This document shows positions 1-10,192 of a stretch of DNA of 64,000 nucleotides, one piece after another. The translations under genes and the position numbers were made by a program. Under the pieces are notes generated by a model. That model saw nothing but the letters and a program-made list of their open reading frames with translations, did no database searches and was not told where the DNA came from. Position 1 is the stretch's first letter; every line of letters begins with the position of its first letter. The stretch covers positions 576,001 to 640,000 of the forward strand of contig CAWHXY010000004.1 of the NCBI GenBank assembly GCA_963833575.1, written 5' to 3'. The DNA comes from Candidatus Bathyarchaeota archaeon. Lineage in GTDB: Archaea; Thermoproteota; Bathyarchaeia; Bathyarchaeales; Bathycorpusculaceae.

Positions 1-748
1 TAGCTTAAATATACCAATAAAACAGGGTGAAAAATGGCGAGCACTCCGAGATTTAAACGAAGATGAAAAAAGGCGGTTGTGCTCTGCATTGGCTGATCAC
101 TTGTTGTCTAAGGGGCTACATCTGGAAGTTGAGAACCTCATTGGATACATTTACGTTTTGACAAAAGAAGAACCAAACACGGCATTACGAGATGCTAGGG
201 AATTCGCCGTCGTATTGAACTCAACAGGACGTATGGACAGACCAAGTCTTGGAATAGCCATCTGTATGGGTGACCGCAAATCTGCCCTTGAGGAAGCGAA
301 TAAGATACTAGAAGAGTACCGCAAAAACATCAACAAGTACCTTGGCTGGGTCACAGAGAAGCCCGAACGAATGAGAGAACTCCAAAACATCTATGTCATA
401 TACGGCGAAAACTTCATAAACGAAAAAATCGTCGGCACCGTCTCCTCGATAGTTGTCGCAGGACTTGCTAACAACGAAAAACCACTTTTAGCATTCGCAA
501 ATGTCGAAAAAGAAAAAGCAGCCAAATTCTCGGCAAGAACAACTGCAGCAGCAATAAGCAAAGGCGTCAACCTTGGCGAAGTCATGAGGTTAGCTTCAGA
601 AGCTAATGGCGGCAAAGGAGGAGGACACAACATCGCAGCAGGTGCACAAGTTCCATTAGACAAGATTGAGGACTTCGTCAAAGACGCAGATGAACTTGTC
701 GGCAAACAATTGAGGAGAGAGAAAATTGGAAACGGCGATCACACTTGA
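1..748 (+). CDS. DHH/DHHA1 phosphoesterase (RecJ/Cdc45-like), 5'-truncated by window edge
   Basis: Frame +2 is open from base 2; DHHA1 signature GGKGGGHNIAAGA; overlaps a Pcc1 gene as in conserved archaeal synteny. Confidence 0.85.
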   Translation, partial: SLNIPIKQGEKWRALRDLNEDEKRRLCSALADHLLSKGLHLEVENLIGYIYVLTKEEPNTALRDAREFAVVLNSTGRMDRPSLGIAICMGDRKSALEEANKILEEYRKNINKYLGWVTEKPERMRELQNIYVIYGENFINEKIVGTVSSIVVAGLANNEKPLLAFANVEKEKAAKFSARTTAAAISKGVNLGEVMRLASEANGGKGGGHNIAAGAQVPLDKIEDFVKDADELVGKQLRREKIGNGDHT

Positions 749-974
749 ATACCGCGATGAAAAAACAGCCGAGGCAATTTTCAACGCCATTTCGCCAGAC
801 AACTTCAAAACTCCAGTTGGCCTAAAAGTAATAACCACAAGAGAAGACAGGAAAGTTACAACACAAATCCAATGCGAAGTAAAACTTGCAACTTTTACCG
901 CCACGATAGATGACCTACTTTTCAGCGCCTCAACTGCAGAGAAAACGCTTCAAACATTAGGTAAACTTAAATGA
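726..974 (+). CDS. pcc1: KEOPS complex Pcc1 subunit
   Basis: 82 aa with AI..AISPDN and C-terminal TFTATIDDLL typical of Pcc1; follows DHH gene. Confidence 0.8.
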   Translation: METAITLEYRDEKTAEAIFNAISPDNFKTPVGLKVITTREDRKVTTQIQCEVKLATFTATIDDLLFSASTAEKTLQTLGKLK

Positions 975-1272
975 ACATTTCTGTTTAGTCGGCCATGAAC
1001 CGAAAGAGGTTTGGTTAACCTTTAGGTTGCCTCAATTATTTTATTTTGAGAAAGACACACTTAGTGACATCGAGTGGCTGCTTTTCAGTATAGGTCTACG
1101 CCATATCTATAAGTTAGGACCAACTGCAGTGTCTGACACATCAAGAGGCAACAGAATACGTACAGAAAGAAGAAGCCAGCAATTATTTCTGTTTTCAAGC
1201 TTAAGCTCTAAATACACCGCTGTTAACTGTAAAGTAAATAAACAAGGGAAGATAACATAAAAGAAACTTGAC

Positions 1273-3096
1273 TTGGTGAATTCAGTGAAACGAGTGCACG
1301 CAATCTTCATGATAACGGTTTTCTTTTTACTAGTTTTTCTGCCGATTGTTTTTTCTTCAGCAACCGTTTCTGCCCAAAGCACCGGTTACACAATTGACAA
1401 AGTTGATCATTCGATTGAAATGATGTATTCTGGGCAAGTTGTTGTTCGAGATACAATTTATGTTTCTGGTCAAGTAACGAACGGTTTCATGATTGGATTG
1501 CCAGCAAAATATAGCGCTGACGTCCTCAAAACTGTCGCCTATGACACAAACAATGTTTACCAAGTCAATTCAGGTGTCCAATTAGGTGATCGAAGCGGAT
1601 TTTACGGGGTAGAAGTGAACTTTAACGGAAATTCCCCTAGTGTTTTTACGGTCGCATTTGTTCTATCTAACGATGTTGTTAGTTACGATTCAAACGCCGG
1701 TGCTTGTACGCTTGATTTTCCAGCTTACCCAAGCCTAGTCCAATCTGTTGCCAGCTGCAACGTAACTATTACTCTTCCAAGCGTTCCTACAACCATAGTT
1801 GTAACAAAAAACGACGGAGAAGTAGATTCAAACAATTATATTACACAAAACGTGGCAGCTTATACTTATTCTGTAGGTTCAGCAGTCGCAAAGATATCTG
1901 CGGGTACACTCCAATTAACTAACATAGATAATTTAAACCGTCAAATAACTCTCGACCCCACAGGAAAAGTCTCCGCGTCAGACAGTTATCACCTAACAAA
2001 TAACGCGACGACAACAATGACTTCCTTTATTTTGAATTTACCAATTACGGCTTCAAATATAGTTGTTAAAGATGAATTTGGAAAAATCTTAACCACAAGC
2101 ACAAGCACCTCTGCCACACGTGAACTTTTGTTGGCTAATGCTACTTTAAATACATTTATAGCAACTGGTCAATCTGCAAGTATTACAGCTAGCTATAACT
2201 TGCCAAGCGCAACCATTCAAGGATCACAATACATCCTAAATAACTTCAAGCTTTTCCCAGATTTCTATTATTATGTTGAACACGCAAGTTTAACATTTAA
2301 TCCACCTGAAGGAGCAACCATTGTAACTCCTAAACTGTCATCTCTTGACCCCTCATCAACAGTTACAAGGAGCACATTCCAAGACAGTCTTACAATAACA
2401 AAGGATTCCGTTAGCTACGTAGACTACTGTCTCCCAGGAAGCAACTCGGTGCAATTTTCATATGATTATAATCCAATTTGGGTTTCTTTCAGACCTACTT
2501 TTTGGGGTTCCCTGCTAGGAGTTATTCTATGTGTAGGCGTTGTATTCTATAGAAAAAGCAAACCAGGCGAAAAAGAACAATTAACAACTAGAACAGAAAG
2601 ATTAACCCAAAAAACGACTACAGGTACTGCTTCTCAGCAAATGGAGGAAGCTCCGCCAATAACTGGGCAACGCGTTACTTCTGAAAACCTTCGAGAGTTT
2701 TCTGAAGCTTATGAAGAGAAGAAACAATTAAACGCAGAATTGAAGTCCATGGATGCCAGAGCACAAAAAGGAAAGATTCCAAGGCGCCAATATAAAGTTC
2801 AACGAAAAGCTGTAGAGATCCGATTGGAAACATTGACAAGGAACATAAACAAACTTAAAGACGCTTTGAGAAGCTCAAGCAGTGCTTATGCAGATTTAGT
2901 TAAGCAACTTGACTCCGCCGAAGAAGATTTGTCCGATGCAGAGGAAAACATCAAAAAACTTGAATTAGGCCAAAGCAAGGGCGAAATTTCCTTGGAAACC
3001 TACAAGAAAAACATCGGAGAATACCAGAAACGCAAAGATAAAGCTGAATCGACTTTGAATGGAATTCTGCTAAGATTACGTGAAAAATCACGTTAA
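1273..3096 (+). CDS. Type I membrane protein, ribophorin-I-like (signal peptide, beta-rich ectodomain, TM, cytoplasmic coiled coil)
   Basis: N-terminal hydrophobic signal, beta-rich repeats with LP..A and PPEGA motifs, TM FWGSLLGVILCVGVVFY, long helical C-terminus. Confidence 0.6.
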   Translation: MVNSVKRVHAIFMITVFFLLVFLPIVFSSATVSAQSTGYTIDKVDHSIEMMYSGQVVVRDTIYVSGQVTNGFMIGLPAKYSADVLKTVAYDTNNVYQVNSGVQLGDRSGFYGVEVNFNGNSPSVFTVAFVLSNDVVSYDSNAGACTLDFPAYPSLVQSVASCNVTITLPSVPTTIVVTKNDGEVDSNNYITQNVAAYTYSVGSAVAKISAGTLQLTNIDNLNRQITLDPTGKVSASDSYHLTNNATTTMTSFILNLPITASNIVVKDEFGKILTTSTSTSATRELLLANATLNTFIATGQSASITASYNLPSATIQGSQYILNNFKLFPDFYYYVEHASLTFNPPEGATIVTPKLSSLDPSSTVTRSTFQDSLTITKDSVSYVDYCLPGSNSVQFSYDYNPIWVSFRPTFWGSLLGVILCVGVVFYRKSKPGEKEQLTTRTERLTQKTTTGTASQQMEEAPPITGQRVTSENLREFSEAYEEKKQLNAELKSMDARAQKGKIPRRQYKVQRKAVEIRLETLTRNINKLKDALRSSSSAYADLVKQLDSAEEDLSDAEENIKKLELGQSKGEISLETYKKNIGEYQKRKDKAESTLNGILLRLREKSR

Positions 3097-3157
3097 AAAA
3101 CCTAAACCCTTTTATTTTACTCAATAGCTTTTCAATAAAAATCAGAGGTAAACAAAA

Positions 3158-3337
3158 ATGGTAAAAATAGTTGTTGACCCCAAATGCACCGGATGCGAAA
3201 CTTGCGTAAACACTTGCCCTGTAGGCGTCTACGAAATCAAAGACGGCAAATCTCAACCGACCAAAGTCAGCGAATGTTTGGTCTGCAGAGCTTGTGAAGC
3301 ACAATGTCCTGAGGGTGCAATTCAGGTAATCGAATAA
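3158..3337 (+). CDS. 2[4Fe-4S] ferredoxin (59 aa, missed by ORF track)
   Basis: Manual translation MVKIVVDPKCTGCETCVNTCPVGVYEIKDGKSQPTKVSECLVCRACEAQCPEGAIQVIE; two CxxCxxCxxxCP motifs; GAGGT RBS. Confidence 0.93.
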   Translation: MVKIVVDPKCTGCETCVNTCPVGVYEIKDGKSQPTKVSECLVCRACEAQCPEGAIQVIE

Positions 3338-3609
3338 AATAAAATTAATTCGGATCGTGTATCTCTCTCAACTGTTGTTTGAGAGATTAATCCCTTCTTT
3401 ATTAAAAAACTAAACAAAAACTGTTAATGTTTTGGTTTTATCTAAAAAAGATTCTAATCTTCTATATTTCTTAGGAAATGCATAACTTTTGCGATTTGCT
3501 GTAATGTGGAACGGTCAGTTTTTTGTTCTTCATCAATATTTTTGATTGGAATTGATTTGGGCATATGCAGAGTATTGGTTACATTTGTTATAACAATTAT
3601 GTTGACAGT

Positions 3610-3628
3610 TACTTCGAACTTCGAAGTA
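3610..3628. promoter_or_regulatory. 9-1-9 palindrome TACTTCGAA-C-TTCGAAGTA, candidate operator
   Basis: Perfect dyad in the ferredoxin-parvulin intergenic region. Confidence 0.3.
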
Positions 3629-3827
3629 GATCAAAAACTGATACTGAACATTTTGACATTTTCATGTATTTTTTAGGCTTTGTCCGATCGCAATAAAACG
3701 GCATTATTTTCTTTTATCCACCTATTTTTTTTAAGGGTTCGCGGGATAATCAAACAAAGACATTTTGGGCCATTTTTCAGAGCCATTGTAAAGTAAAGAA
3801 TATATCCTGTCGATTAAATTCTAATTT

Positions 3828-4103
3828 ATGGCAGATAAAATTCGTTGTGCACACATACTAGTCAAAACAGAAACGGAAGCAAAAAACATCAAAGTGCGAC
3901 TTGATAAAGGTGAAAAATTCGGTGCCATCGCCAAAAACGTTTCGCTATGCCCATCCGCTAAAAATAGTGGAGACCTGGGTGCGTTTACAAGAGGTAAGAT
4001 GGTTAAAGAGTTCGAGAAAGCTGCTTTCGCACTCGAGAAGGGTCAGATTTCTGAACCTGTTAAGACAAAGTTTGGGTACCACATAATCAAACGATTAGAA
4101 TAA
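3828..4103 (+). CDS. ppiC: Parvulin-type peptidyl-prolyl isomerase
   Basis: AHILV, SLCPS..GDLG.F.RGKMVKEFEKAAF, KTKFGYHII. Confidence 0.93.
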   Translation: MADKIRCAHILVKTETEAKNIKVRLDKGEKFGAIAKNVSLCPSAKNSGDLGAFTRGKMVKEFEKAAFALEKGQISEPVKTKFGYHIIKRLE

Positions 4104-4239
4104 ATCAAGTAAATCAGTTCAAAGGCAAATGCTCTAGGAGCAACTGCCCTTTAGCATAGATTTGTTTATAAAGCAACTTTAAAGATAAAGTGCCAACAAA
4201 AATGAATAAACCAGAAGTATCATTAAACAAAAAAGTGCT

Positions 4240-4600
4240 ATGGTTTATTTGCGGAACTTTTCTTATGGCATTTTTACTCGTTACGTTTTTCATGGGAAAC
4301 GTTCGCTCGTTCGATATTCAAATCAACCTTTGGATTCCATCGATTCAATCAACCCACTCACAATTATAAACGAGGGAATTGCAGCGGCGTTTGATACGAT
4401 AAGTCTAGTGCTATTTTCTTTAGTTATTGCTGGTTATCTTTTTTTAAGAATTATGGAGCTGAAAGTTTATTGCTTCTTGGCGCTATGGGTGGAATTGCGT
4501 TGTTGGTGTCGGTTGTAAAAGAGATAGTTAAATCGCCCAGACCTTTGAACGGTTTGGTTGCTGCTGCTGGTTTTCTTATCCAAACGGTATGCGGCTGGTG
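4240..4600 (+). pseudogene. Frameshifted, truncated PAP2-family membrane phosphatase
   Basis: Switching frames gives ...LLVSVVKEIVKSPRPLNGLVAAAGF-(S)YPNG-(H)AAG, i.e. decayed KxxxxxxRP and PSGH motifs. Confidence 0.65.
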
Positions 4601-4686
4601 CAATGGCGATAAGTAGTCTCACAGTGGTCAGCAATTCGGCACTGCTAAAGTTGGCGAAGTTTAAATCAAAGAAAGTTAACGAATAA
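4591..4686 (+). pseudogene. C-terminal remnant of a P1B heavy-metal ATPase (CopA-like)
   Basis: Reads AAGAMAISSLTVVSNSALLKLAKFKSKKVNE*, the last-TM MxxSS motif of P1B-1 ATPases; lies directly upstream of a YHS gene. Confidence 0.7.
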
Positions 4687-4713
4687 GATGACAGTTGTGG
4701 AGGTGAATGTTTT

Positions 4714-4902
4714 ATGGCTAAAGATCCAGTTTGCGGCATGATGGTTGACGAGAAAAAAGCAAAATTCAAATCGGATTACAACGCCAAAACCTATTATTTC
4801 TGCGCAGCTGCATGCAAAACAACATTCGACAAAAATCCCACCAAATTTAGTGGCGCTTCAGGAAGCCCCGGCGCTCATAGCTGCGGTTGCGGAGGACACT
4901 AA
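4714..4902 (+). CDS. YHS/TRASH domain metal-binding protein
   Basis: KDPVCGM...YYFCAAACK..F; Cys/His tail; GGAGGTGA RBS. Confidence 0.9.
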   Translation: MAKDPVCGMMVDEKKAKFKSDYNAKTYYFCAAACKTTFDKNPTKFSGASGSPGAHSCGCGGH

Positions 4903-4972
4903 ATCCTCCACTAAAGCCGATAAACACCGTTTTCTTTTTTGGTTTTTCGACTCACAATTTAACCACTACTTT

Positions 4973-5617
4973 CTAAAAAGCACCTAACAACACATGTTCA
5001 GCAAACAAGTCTTCATTGAAAGCTCCGACAAACTCTACTTTCTCATTAATCACTATTTTCGGTACTCCAATGACATTGTACTTCACGGCTAAGTCTGGAA
5101 ACTCGCCTGTTTCAATTACGTCCGCTTTCACCAAATCGCTTTCTATGGCTAATTTGTGGGCGACCGCCGCAGCTGCAGGACAATGTGGGCAGGTCAAGGT
5201 GACAAAGACTTTGATTTGCACTGGAGATTTAACTTCTTTTAATATCGCCTTGGTTTTGTCTGAGAGGTCGGTTTGTCCTTTTGAAACGTTAATGATTGCT
5301 TCAATTAACGTTTGAAGTTCATACCCATAAGGTATACCGTAAATTCTTACGCCATAATCTTTTTTGCCAATTATAGCTAGAGCGGGAATCTTGTCGATAC
5401 CATATTCTTTTGCTTTATCCCCTTCAGCGACAAAATCATGGATTTCTACACTTATCTTGTCATTTAGGGGCGCTAAGTCTTGGACTAGTTGTCGTGTGTC
5501 CGAGCAATATCTACATTCAATTTCTTGAGTAAACATAACAATTTTAACAGGGTCGACTAATTTTTCATTAAAATCTTTCTTAAGCAACTCTTTTTTGTCA
5601 TCAGGAATTAAACCCAT
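4973..5617 (-). CDS. Protein disulfide oxidoreductase (two thioredoxin folds)
   Basis: CRYC and CPHC active sites, GIP.GYE motif; start placed at MGLIPDD. Confidence 0.9.
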   Translation of the reverse strand: MGLIPDDKKELLKKDFNEKLVDPVKIVMFTQEIECRYCSDTRQLVQDLAPLNDKISVEIHDFVAEGDKAKEYGIDKIPALAIIGKKDYGVRIYGIPYGYELQTLIEAIINVSKGQTDLSDKTKAILKEVKSPVQIKVFVTLTCPHCPAAAAVAHKLAIESDLVKADVIETGEFPDLAVKYNVIGVPKIVINEKVEFVGAFNEDLFAEHVLLGAF

Positions 5618-5908
5618 AAAATCAAACATCCTTACCATTCTAATTTTGATAAATCCACTAAATAAACAGATAATTGAAACATATATTGATTTTTCATTTT
5701 CCGAAAATGCCAGTTTGTTTGGGCGCTCTTTGCAGTAAATGTGCCAAAACGAATAGTAGATTCTTTCACTGTCCAACAATTTTCAAAGTAGAATTTCATT
5801 GTTGAAAAAAGGTCTTGTCTCGTCTCAAAATTCCGCAAAACACAATCAATATAAACACTTGCAAACATTGAAAATTTGATTTTTGCAATGTAATATTGGA
5901 GCGAAAAC

Positions 5909-6328
5909 TTGACGACAAAAATTTATGCAAATGCCAAGTTAATTGAAGGTTTGCAAATTCTCCTTGATGATAATGAGTCTCATAGCTATGTGGTTGACCT
6001 TGCACCTGACCTTGGAACAGGGCTTGGATCGTCATCCCTTGAACTTTGTGTAATGACCCACGCAGGTTGTTATGCTACAATCTTCCTTTTAACAGCCAAA
6101 AAAATGCGCTTAGTAATCAAGGGTTTGAAAGTCAAATTAGAAGCAGTAAAATCAGATGAAACAGGTACCATAAGCGAAGAAACCTTTGACATCAGCATTA
6201 AGACAAACGCACCGCAAGATAGAATTGATCGCGCTCATAAGTTAACGCTTGAAACTTGCCCTGTCGGAATACTTTTTGAGAAGGCAGGTGTAAAAACAAC
6301 TTATAAAGTAACAACAAGTAAGGAGTGA
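5909..6328 (+). CDS. OsmC/Ohr family protein
   Basis: D.....G.GLG...LEL....AGC and TCPVG motifs. Confidence 0.85.
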   Translation: MTTKIYANAKLIEGLQILLDDNESHSYVVDLAPDLGTGLGSSSLELCVMTHAGCYATIFLLTAKKMRLVIKGLKVKLEAVKSDETGTISEETFDISIKTNAPQDRIDRAHKLTLETCPVGILFEKAGVKTTYKVTTSKE

Positions 6329-6335
6329 AAAAATT

Positions 6336-7523
6336 ATGGTTAATGTTGTTTTGAAAGAAGGCGTAAATTGGGTTGGAGCAGTCGATTGGAACATACGTGA
6401 TTTTCACGGCTACAACACTAACAGAGGAAGCACATACAATGCTTATTTGATTAGAGACGAAAAAACTGCACTTATTGACACTGTCAAAAGTCAGTTTTGC
6501 GATGATTTAATAGCACACGTAGAGGAACTAACCACCTTTGACAAGATTGATTACATAATCGTTAACCATGTGGAAATGGACCATTCAAGCAGTTTACCAG
6601 CGATTGCAAAGCTCGCAAAAAACGCCAAGATACTTGCTTCGACCAGAGGAAAAGATGAGTTGATCAAACATTACGGCCACAACTTTGATATGGTTGAAAC
6701 GGTGAAAACTGGAGATGAGCTAAAGCTTGGAAAAAAGACGCTGCGGTTTTTGGAGGCGCCAATGCTTCATTGGCCCGACAGCATGTTCACATACGATGTT
6801 GAGGATAAAATTTTGTTGCCTAACGACGCTTTTGGTCAGCATCTTTCCAGTTCTGGACATTTTGACGATGAGGTTGACGAGCATGTCCTGATGGAAGAAG
6901 CGGCCATGTACTATGCAAACATCCTCATGCCGTTTGCACCCTTGATAACGCGCAAAATTCAGGAGATAGTTGGCATGAAACTTGAAATTGACATGATTGC
7001 ACCAAGCCACGGCATAATCTGGCGAAAGGACCCAATGAAAATCGTAAACGCCTACCTTAAATGGAGTGCAATGGAAAGCAAAAACAAAATTGTAATAGTT
7101 TTTGATACAATGTGGCATAGCACAGATACAATGGCAAGAGCCATAGCGGATGGCGTAATCAGCCAAGGCGTCGAAGTTAAGCTCTACAAACTTCGCGCTT
7201 ACAGCATTTCAGAAGCCATGACCGAAATCCTTGATTCAAAAGCAGTTCTTGTTGGTTCACCTACACTTAACAATGGAATGTTCCCAACACTGGGTCAATT
7301 CCTAACGTACGCTACAGGTTTGAAACCGAAAGGCAAACTCTGGAGCTTCTTTGGCTCTTACGGCTGGGGAGGTGGCGCAGTAAAAGGCATGGTTGAAATG
7401 GCAAAAAAAGCTGGGTTTGATGTTTTCGAGCCAGGCGTTGAAGTCAAATTCGTTCCAGACAAAGAGGATTTGAAAAAATGTTTTGATTTTGGGCAGCAAA
7501 TAGCCCAAAAAATCAAAGCCTAA
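6336..7523 (+). CDS. fprA: Flavodiiron protein (FprA)
   Basis: GSTYNAYLI, NHVEMDHS, HWPDSM, NDAFGQH, APSHG plus flavodoxin domain (FGSYGWGGGA). Confidence 0.95.
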   Translation: MVNVVLKEGVNWVGAVDWNIRDFHGYNTNRGSTYNAYLIRDEKTALIDTVKSQFCDDLIAHVEELTTFDKIDYIIVNHVEMDHSSSLPAIAKLAKNAKILASTRGKDELIKHYGHNFDMVETVKTGDELKLGKKTLRFLEAPMLHWPDSMFTYDVEDKILLPNDAFGQHLSSSGHFDDEVDEHVLMEEAAMYYANILMPFAPLITRKIQEIVGMKLEIDMIAPSHGIIWRKDPMKIVNAYLKWSAMESKNKIVIVFDTMWHSTDTMARAIADGVISQGVEVKLYKLRAYSISEAMTEILDSKAVLVGSPTLNNGMFPTLGQFLTYATGLKPKGKLWSFFGSYGWGGGAVKGMVEMAKKAGFDVFEPGVEVKFVPDKEDLKKCFDFGQQIAQKIKA

Positions 7524-7531
7524 CTTCTTTT

Positions 7532-8035
7532 TTATTGTATTTTCATGAATTTTTCTTTTGGCGTTGCACAGATTGGGCAGATGTCAGGTGTTGAGCCTTC
7601 AAAGGTGTTTCCGCAGACTGGGCACACATAATACTCCGCCTTTGCTGGCAGAGTCTTGTTTTTCAATGAATCAAGCGCTTTCTGGTACAGTGCCGCGTGA
7701 ATTTGCTCAACTTTATTTGCGTAGTCAAAGCTGACTTGTGCGGGTTTGTTTCCGTCTTTTTTGGCATCACCAATAAAGTCTGGATACATTTTCTTGAACT
7801 CGTATGTTTCGCCAGATACCGCCGTTCCAAGGTTATCAGTGGTTGATTTTACCTGGCCCATCACCCGAAGGTGATTTAGGGCATGGACTGTTTCTGCTTG
7901 AGCAGCCGCTTTAAAAAGCATGGCAATTTGTGGGAAACCTTCTTCTTCTGCCTTCTTAGCGAAAGCCAAGTACATTCTGTTAGCTTGGGATTCGCCTGCG
8001 AACGCAGCTTTTAAGTTTTCATCAGTTTTAGTCAT
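7532..8035 (-). CDS. rbr: Rubrerythrin
   Basis: AFAGESQANRMY, ETVHA, GETYE..MYP, EQIH and C-terminal CPVCG...CPIC. Confidence 0.95.
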   Translation of the reverse strand: MTKTDENLKAAFAGESQANRMYLAFAKKAEEEGFPQIAMLFKAAAQAETVHALNHLRVMGQVKSTTDNLGTAVSGETYEFKKMYPDFIGDAKKDGNKPAQVSFDYANKVEQIHAALYQKALDSLKNKTLPAKAEYYVCPVCGNTFEGSTPDICPICATPKEKFMKIQ

Positions 8036-8208
8036 TAAAAATCACTAGACAAGTGTAATTGAAAAGCAGGTAATAAGCTATACTAACGGGTACAAACAGA
8101 TGCAAAGTACGTTGAGGCTGAATTTGATATGGACCAACCTGAATTTTCTTTTAGGTAAAGTATATTAGTTGTTTTTTCCTTTGGTTTGTTTGATTTTTGG
8201 TGAATTTT

Positions 8209-8823
8209 ATGGAAAAAGTAAAATCGTTTACTCTACCTAAATTGCCGTATGACTATAATGCTCTTGCGCCATACATTTCGGAGCAGCAACTGAAACTTCA
8301 TCATGATAAGCACCATCAAGCTTATGTAAATGGTGCAAACGCGATTTTTGAAAAACTTGACAAAGCACGTAGCGAAAACACGGAAGTCGACATGAAAGCT
8401 ATGCTCAAAGAATTATCTTTCAATGTTGGTGGACACATACTGCACACTACATTCTGGGAAAACATGGCGCCCGCAGGCAAAGGCGGTGGTGGTCAACCAG
8501 GAGGAGCTGTGGCGGACATGATTAACATGGGATTTGGAAGTTTTGAACGGTTCAAAAAAGAATTCACATTGGCTGCAGCAAGCACTGAAGGTTCAGGATG
8601 GGCTGCCCTAGCTGTTCATCCATGCATTGGAAGACCTTTGATAATGCAAATCGAAAAGCACAACGTGAATGTTTACCCGTCATTTAATATTTTAATGGTT
8701 TTGGATGTTTGGGAACACGCCTACTACCTTGACTACAAGAATGAGCGGCCAAAATTCATTGAAGCTTTTTGGAACGTCGTTAACTGGGATAGAGTAAATA
8801 AAAACTTAAGCCTTGTAAAATAA
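8209..8823 (+). CDS. sod: Fe/Mn superoxide dismutase
   Basis: [25 protein letters not shown]; ATG at 8209 follows GGTGA RBS. Confidence 0.97.
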   Translation: MEKVKSFTLPKLPYDYNALAPYISEQQLKLHHDKHHQAYVNGANAIFEKLDKARSENTEVDMKAMLKELSFNVGGHILHTTFWENMAPAGKGGGGQPGGAVADMINMGFGSFERFKKEFTLAAASTEGSGWAALAVHPCIGRPLIMQIEKHNVNVYPSFNILMVLDVWEHAYYLDYKNERPKFIEAFWNVVNWDRVNKNLSLVK

Positions 8824-8886
8824 ACACTATAAACAACCAATTTCTTTGGTTTAGTTTTTAGTGCCTCCAGCTCTTTTTTTACTGGT

Positions 8887-9546
8887 TTACTGACCTTTTT
8901 CTATTTTTTTAAGCAAGTCGCTTTGCCTTTTGGCGTACAGTGTCGATTTACCCTTTTGAAGATAGATAGATACCGCGGCTATGCTTTTTGTTGGGTCATT
9001 TCTCATCAAGATAGAATACAGATGTACCAGTTTAATTCCAATTGGATCTTTAGAGATTTGTCCATTGGTTAATTTTAATGCAAGTGGAATAGCATCATTT
9101 ATTGAACCTCCGGCAGCAACTATTCTAATTTCATCAAATTTTGCGAGCCGCAAGAGGCTAATCGTAAGAAGACGTTCCATAGTAGCTGCCCTACTTACGC
9201 TAATTGTTTGCTCCGCAACATCTTCCATTTCACTTTCTTCTTGTCCAGCTAATTTTGTGTAGTCCAATATTGGTTTTTGAGCCAGATGCGCTGAAATTGC
9301 ATATGCCCTGCCAAGAACCGGCACTTCAAGGCTTCCGATAAATATGTCATCAACATAGACTTTGGCGATTTCCGTTGCCATGTTCATGGCTGAACAAACT
9401 GAAAACATCGCGTCGTTTATTCCCACTATGTTGATTTCGCCCGTTTCCACTATGTTAGAAATAATTTTTTCAACAATATCAGTAATTGTTAATGAAACAT
9501 CCGAAGGTTGAATTACTATGACTTTGCATTTGGATTCTTGACTCAT
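8887..9546 (-). CDS. Putative tandem (double) Alba-fold nucleic acid-binding protein
   Basis: Two repeats resembling Alba: EINIVGINDAM..AM..A...AISAHL and EIRIVAAGGSINDAI.LA...AVSIYL. Confidence 0.55.
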   Translation of the reverse strand: MSQESKCKVIVIQPSDVSLTITDIVEKIISNIVETGEINIVGINDAMFSVCSAMNMATEIAKVYVDDIFIGSLEVPVLGRAYAISAHLAQKPILDYTKLAGQEESEMEDVAEQTISVSRAATMERLLTISLLRLAKFDEIRIVAAGGSINDAIPLALKLTNGQISKDPIGIKLVHLYSILMRNDPTKSIAAVSIYLQKGKSTLYAKRQSDLLKKIEKGQ

Positions 9547-9620
9547 AGCAATGCCTTAGAAGTTATTGGAGCGTCTGCTAATATATCACTTGCCAAACTA
9601 AAACAAAAAAATCAAACCGC

Positions 9621-9935
9621 TTAGTGCGGCGTTATTTTTATCGCTGCCGCGGGACACTGCATTTCGCATGCAAGACATTGGATGCAGTCTTGTTCACGTG
9701 CCGGATCAGATTTGCGTTCAGACAGAGGGTGCCCAGGAGAGTCAGCCCAATCATATAGAGAAACTGGGCAAACATCTATGCATACTCCGTCTCCAACACA
9801 TGAATCCCAGTCTACTGCGCTCGTTGTTCCGTGGATTCCTAGTTTTTGTGGGGCTTCAACTGGTCCCCAAATTTTATGTCCATTATGTTCGCCGACAACT
9901 TGGCGTTTTGTTTGAAAATCAGGGTCAATTGGCAA
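9621..9935 (-). CDS. zfx: Zinc-containing dicluster ferredoxin (Zfx type)
   Basis: PIDPDF...VVGEHNGHKIWGPV...LGIHG N-terminal extension; CxxDxxCxxxCP and CxxCxxCxxxCP. Confidence 0.85.
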   Translation of the reverse strand: MPIDPDFQTKRQVVGEHNGHKIWGPVEAPQKLGIHGTTSAVDWDSCVGDGVCIDVCPVSLYDWADSPGHPLSERKSDPAREQDCIQCLACEMQCPAAAIKITPH

Positions 9936-10068
9936 AAAATTCACCACTAAAAATCAACGAAGCGCATAATATTAGGTTTTCTGCTAAAAAGACATCGGGT
10001 TTATTACTTATTAGTTTCAGGTGGGTACTGGCAACCACACTAAGATACATTACTTTTACTTACCCCTC

Positions 10069-10083
10069 CACTATGGCATAGTG
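10069..10083. promoter_or_regulatory. 7-1-7 palindrome CACTATG-G-CATAGTG upstream of a TATA-like TTTAAAA (about 10100)
   Basis: Perfect dyad in the divergent zfx / polB2-relic intergenic region. Confidence 0.3.
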
Positions 10084-10192
10084 TCTCTTGAAGTGACGCT
10101 TTAAAAGCTTAGACAACATCTTTCCCGTCCCTTAACATAGGGAGAACTGAGAGAATGAACAAAAAATCCATTTTCATAGGAGATGCTGTCTA

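Noticed and set aside
975-1272. Possible ncRNA or small ORFs after pcc1
   Set aside because: Only a weak hairpin; no convincing C/D or H/ACA boxes; the ORFs lack motifs
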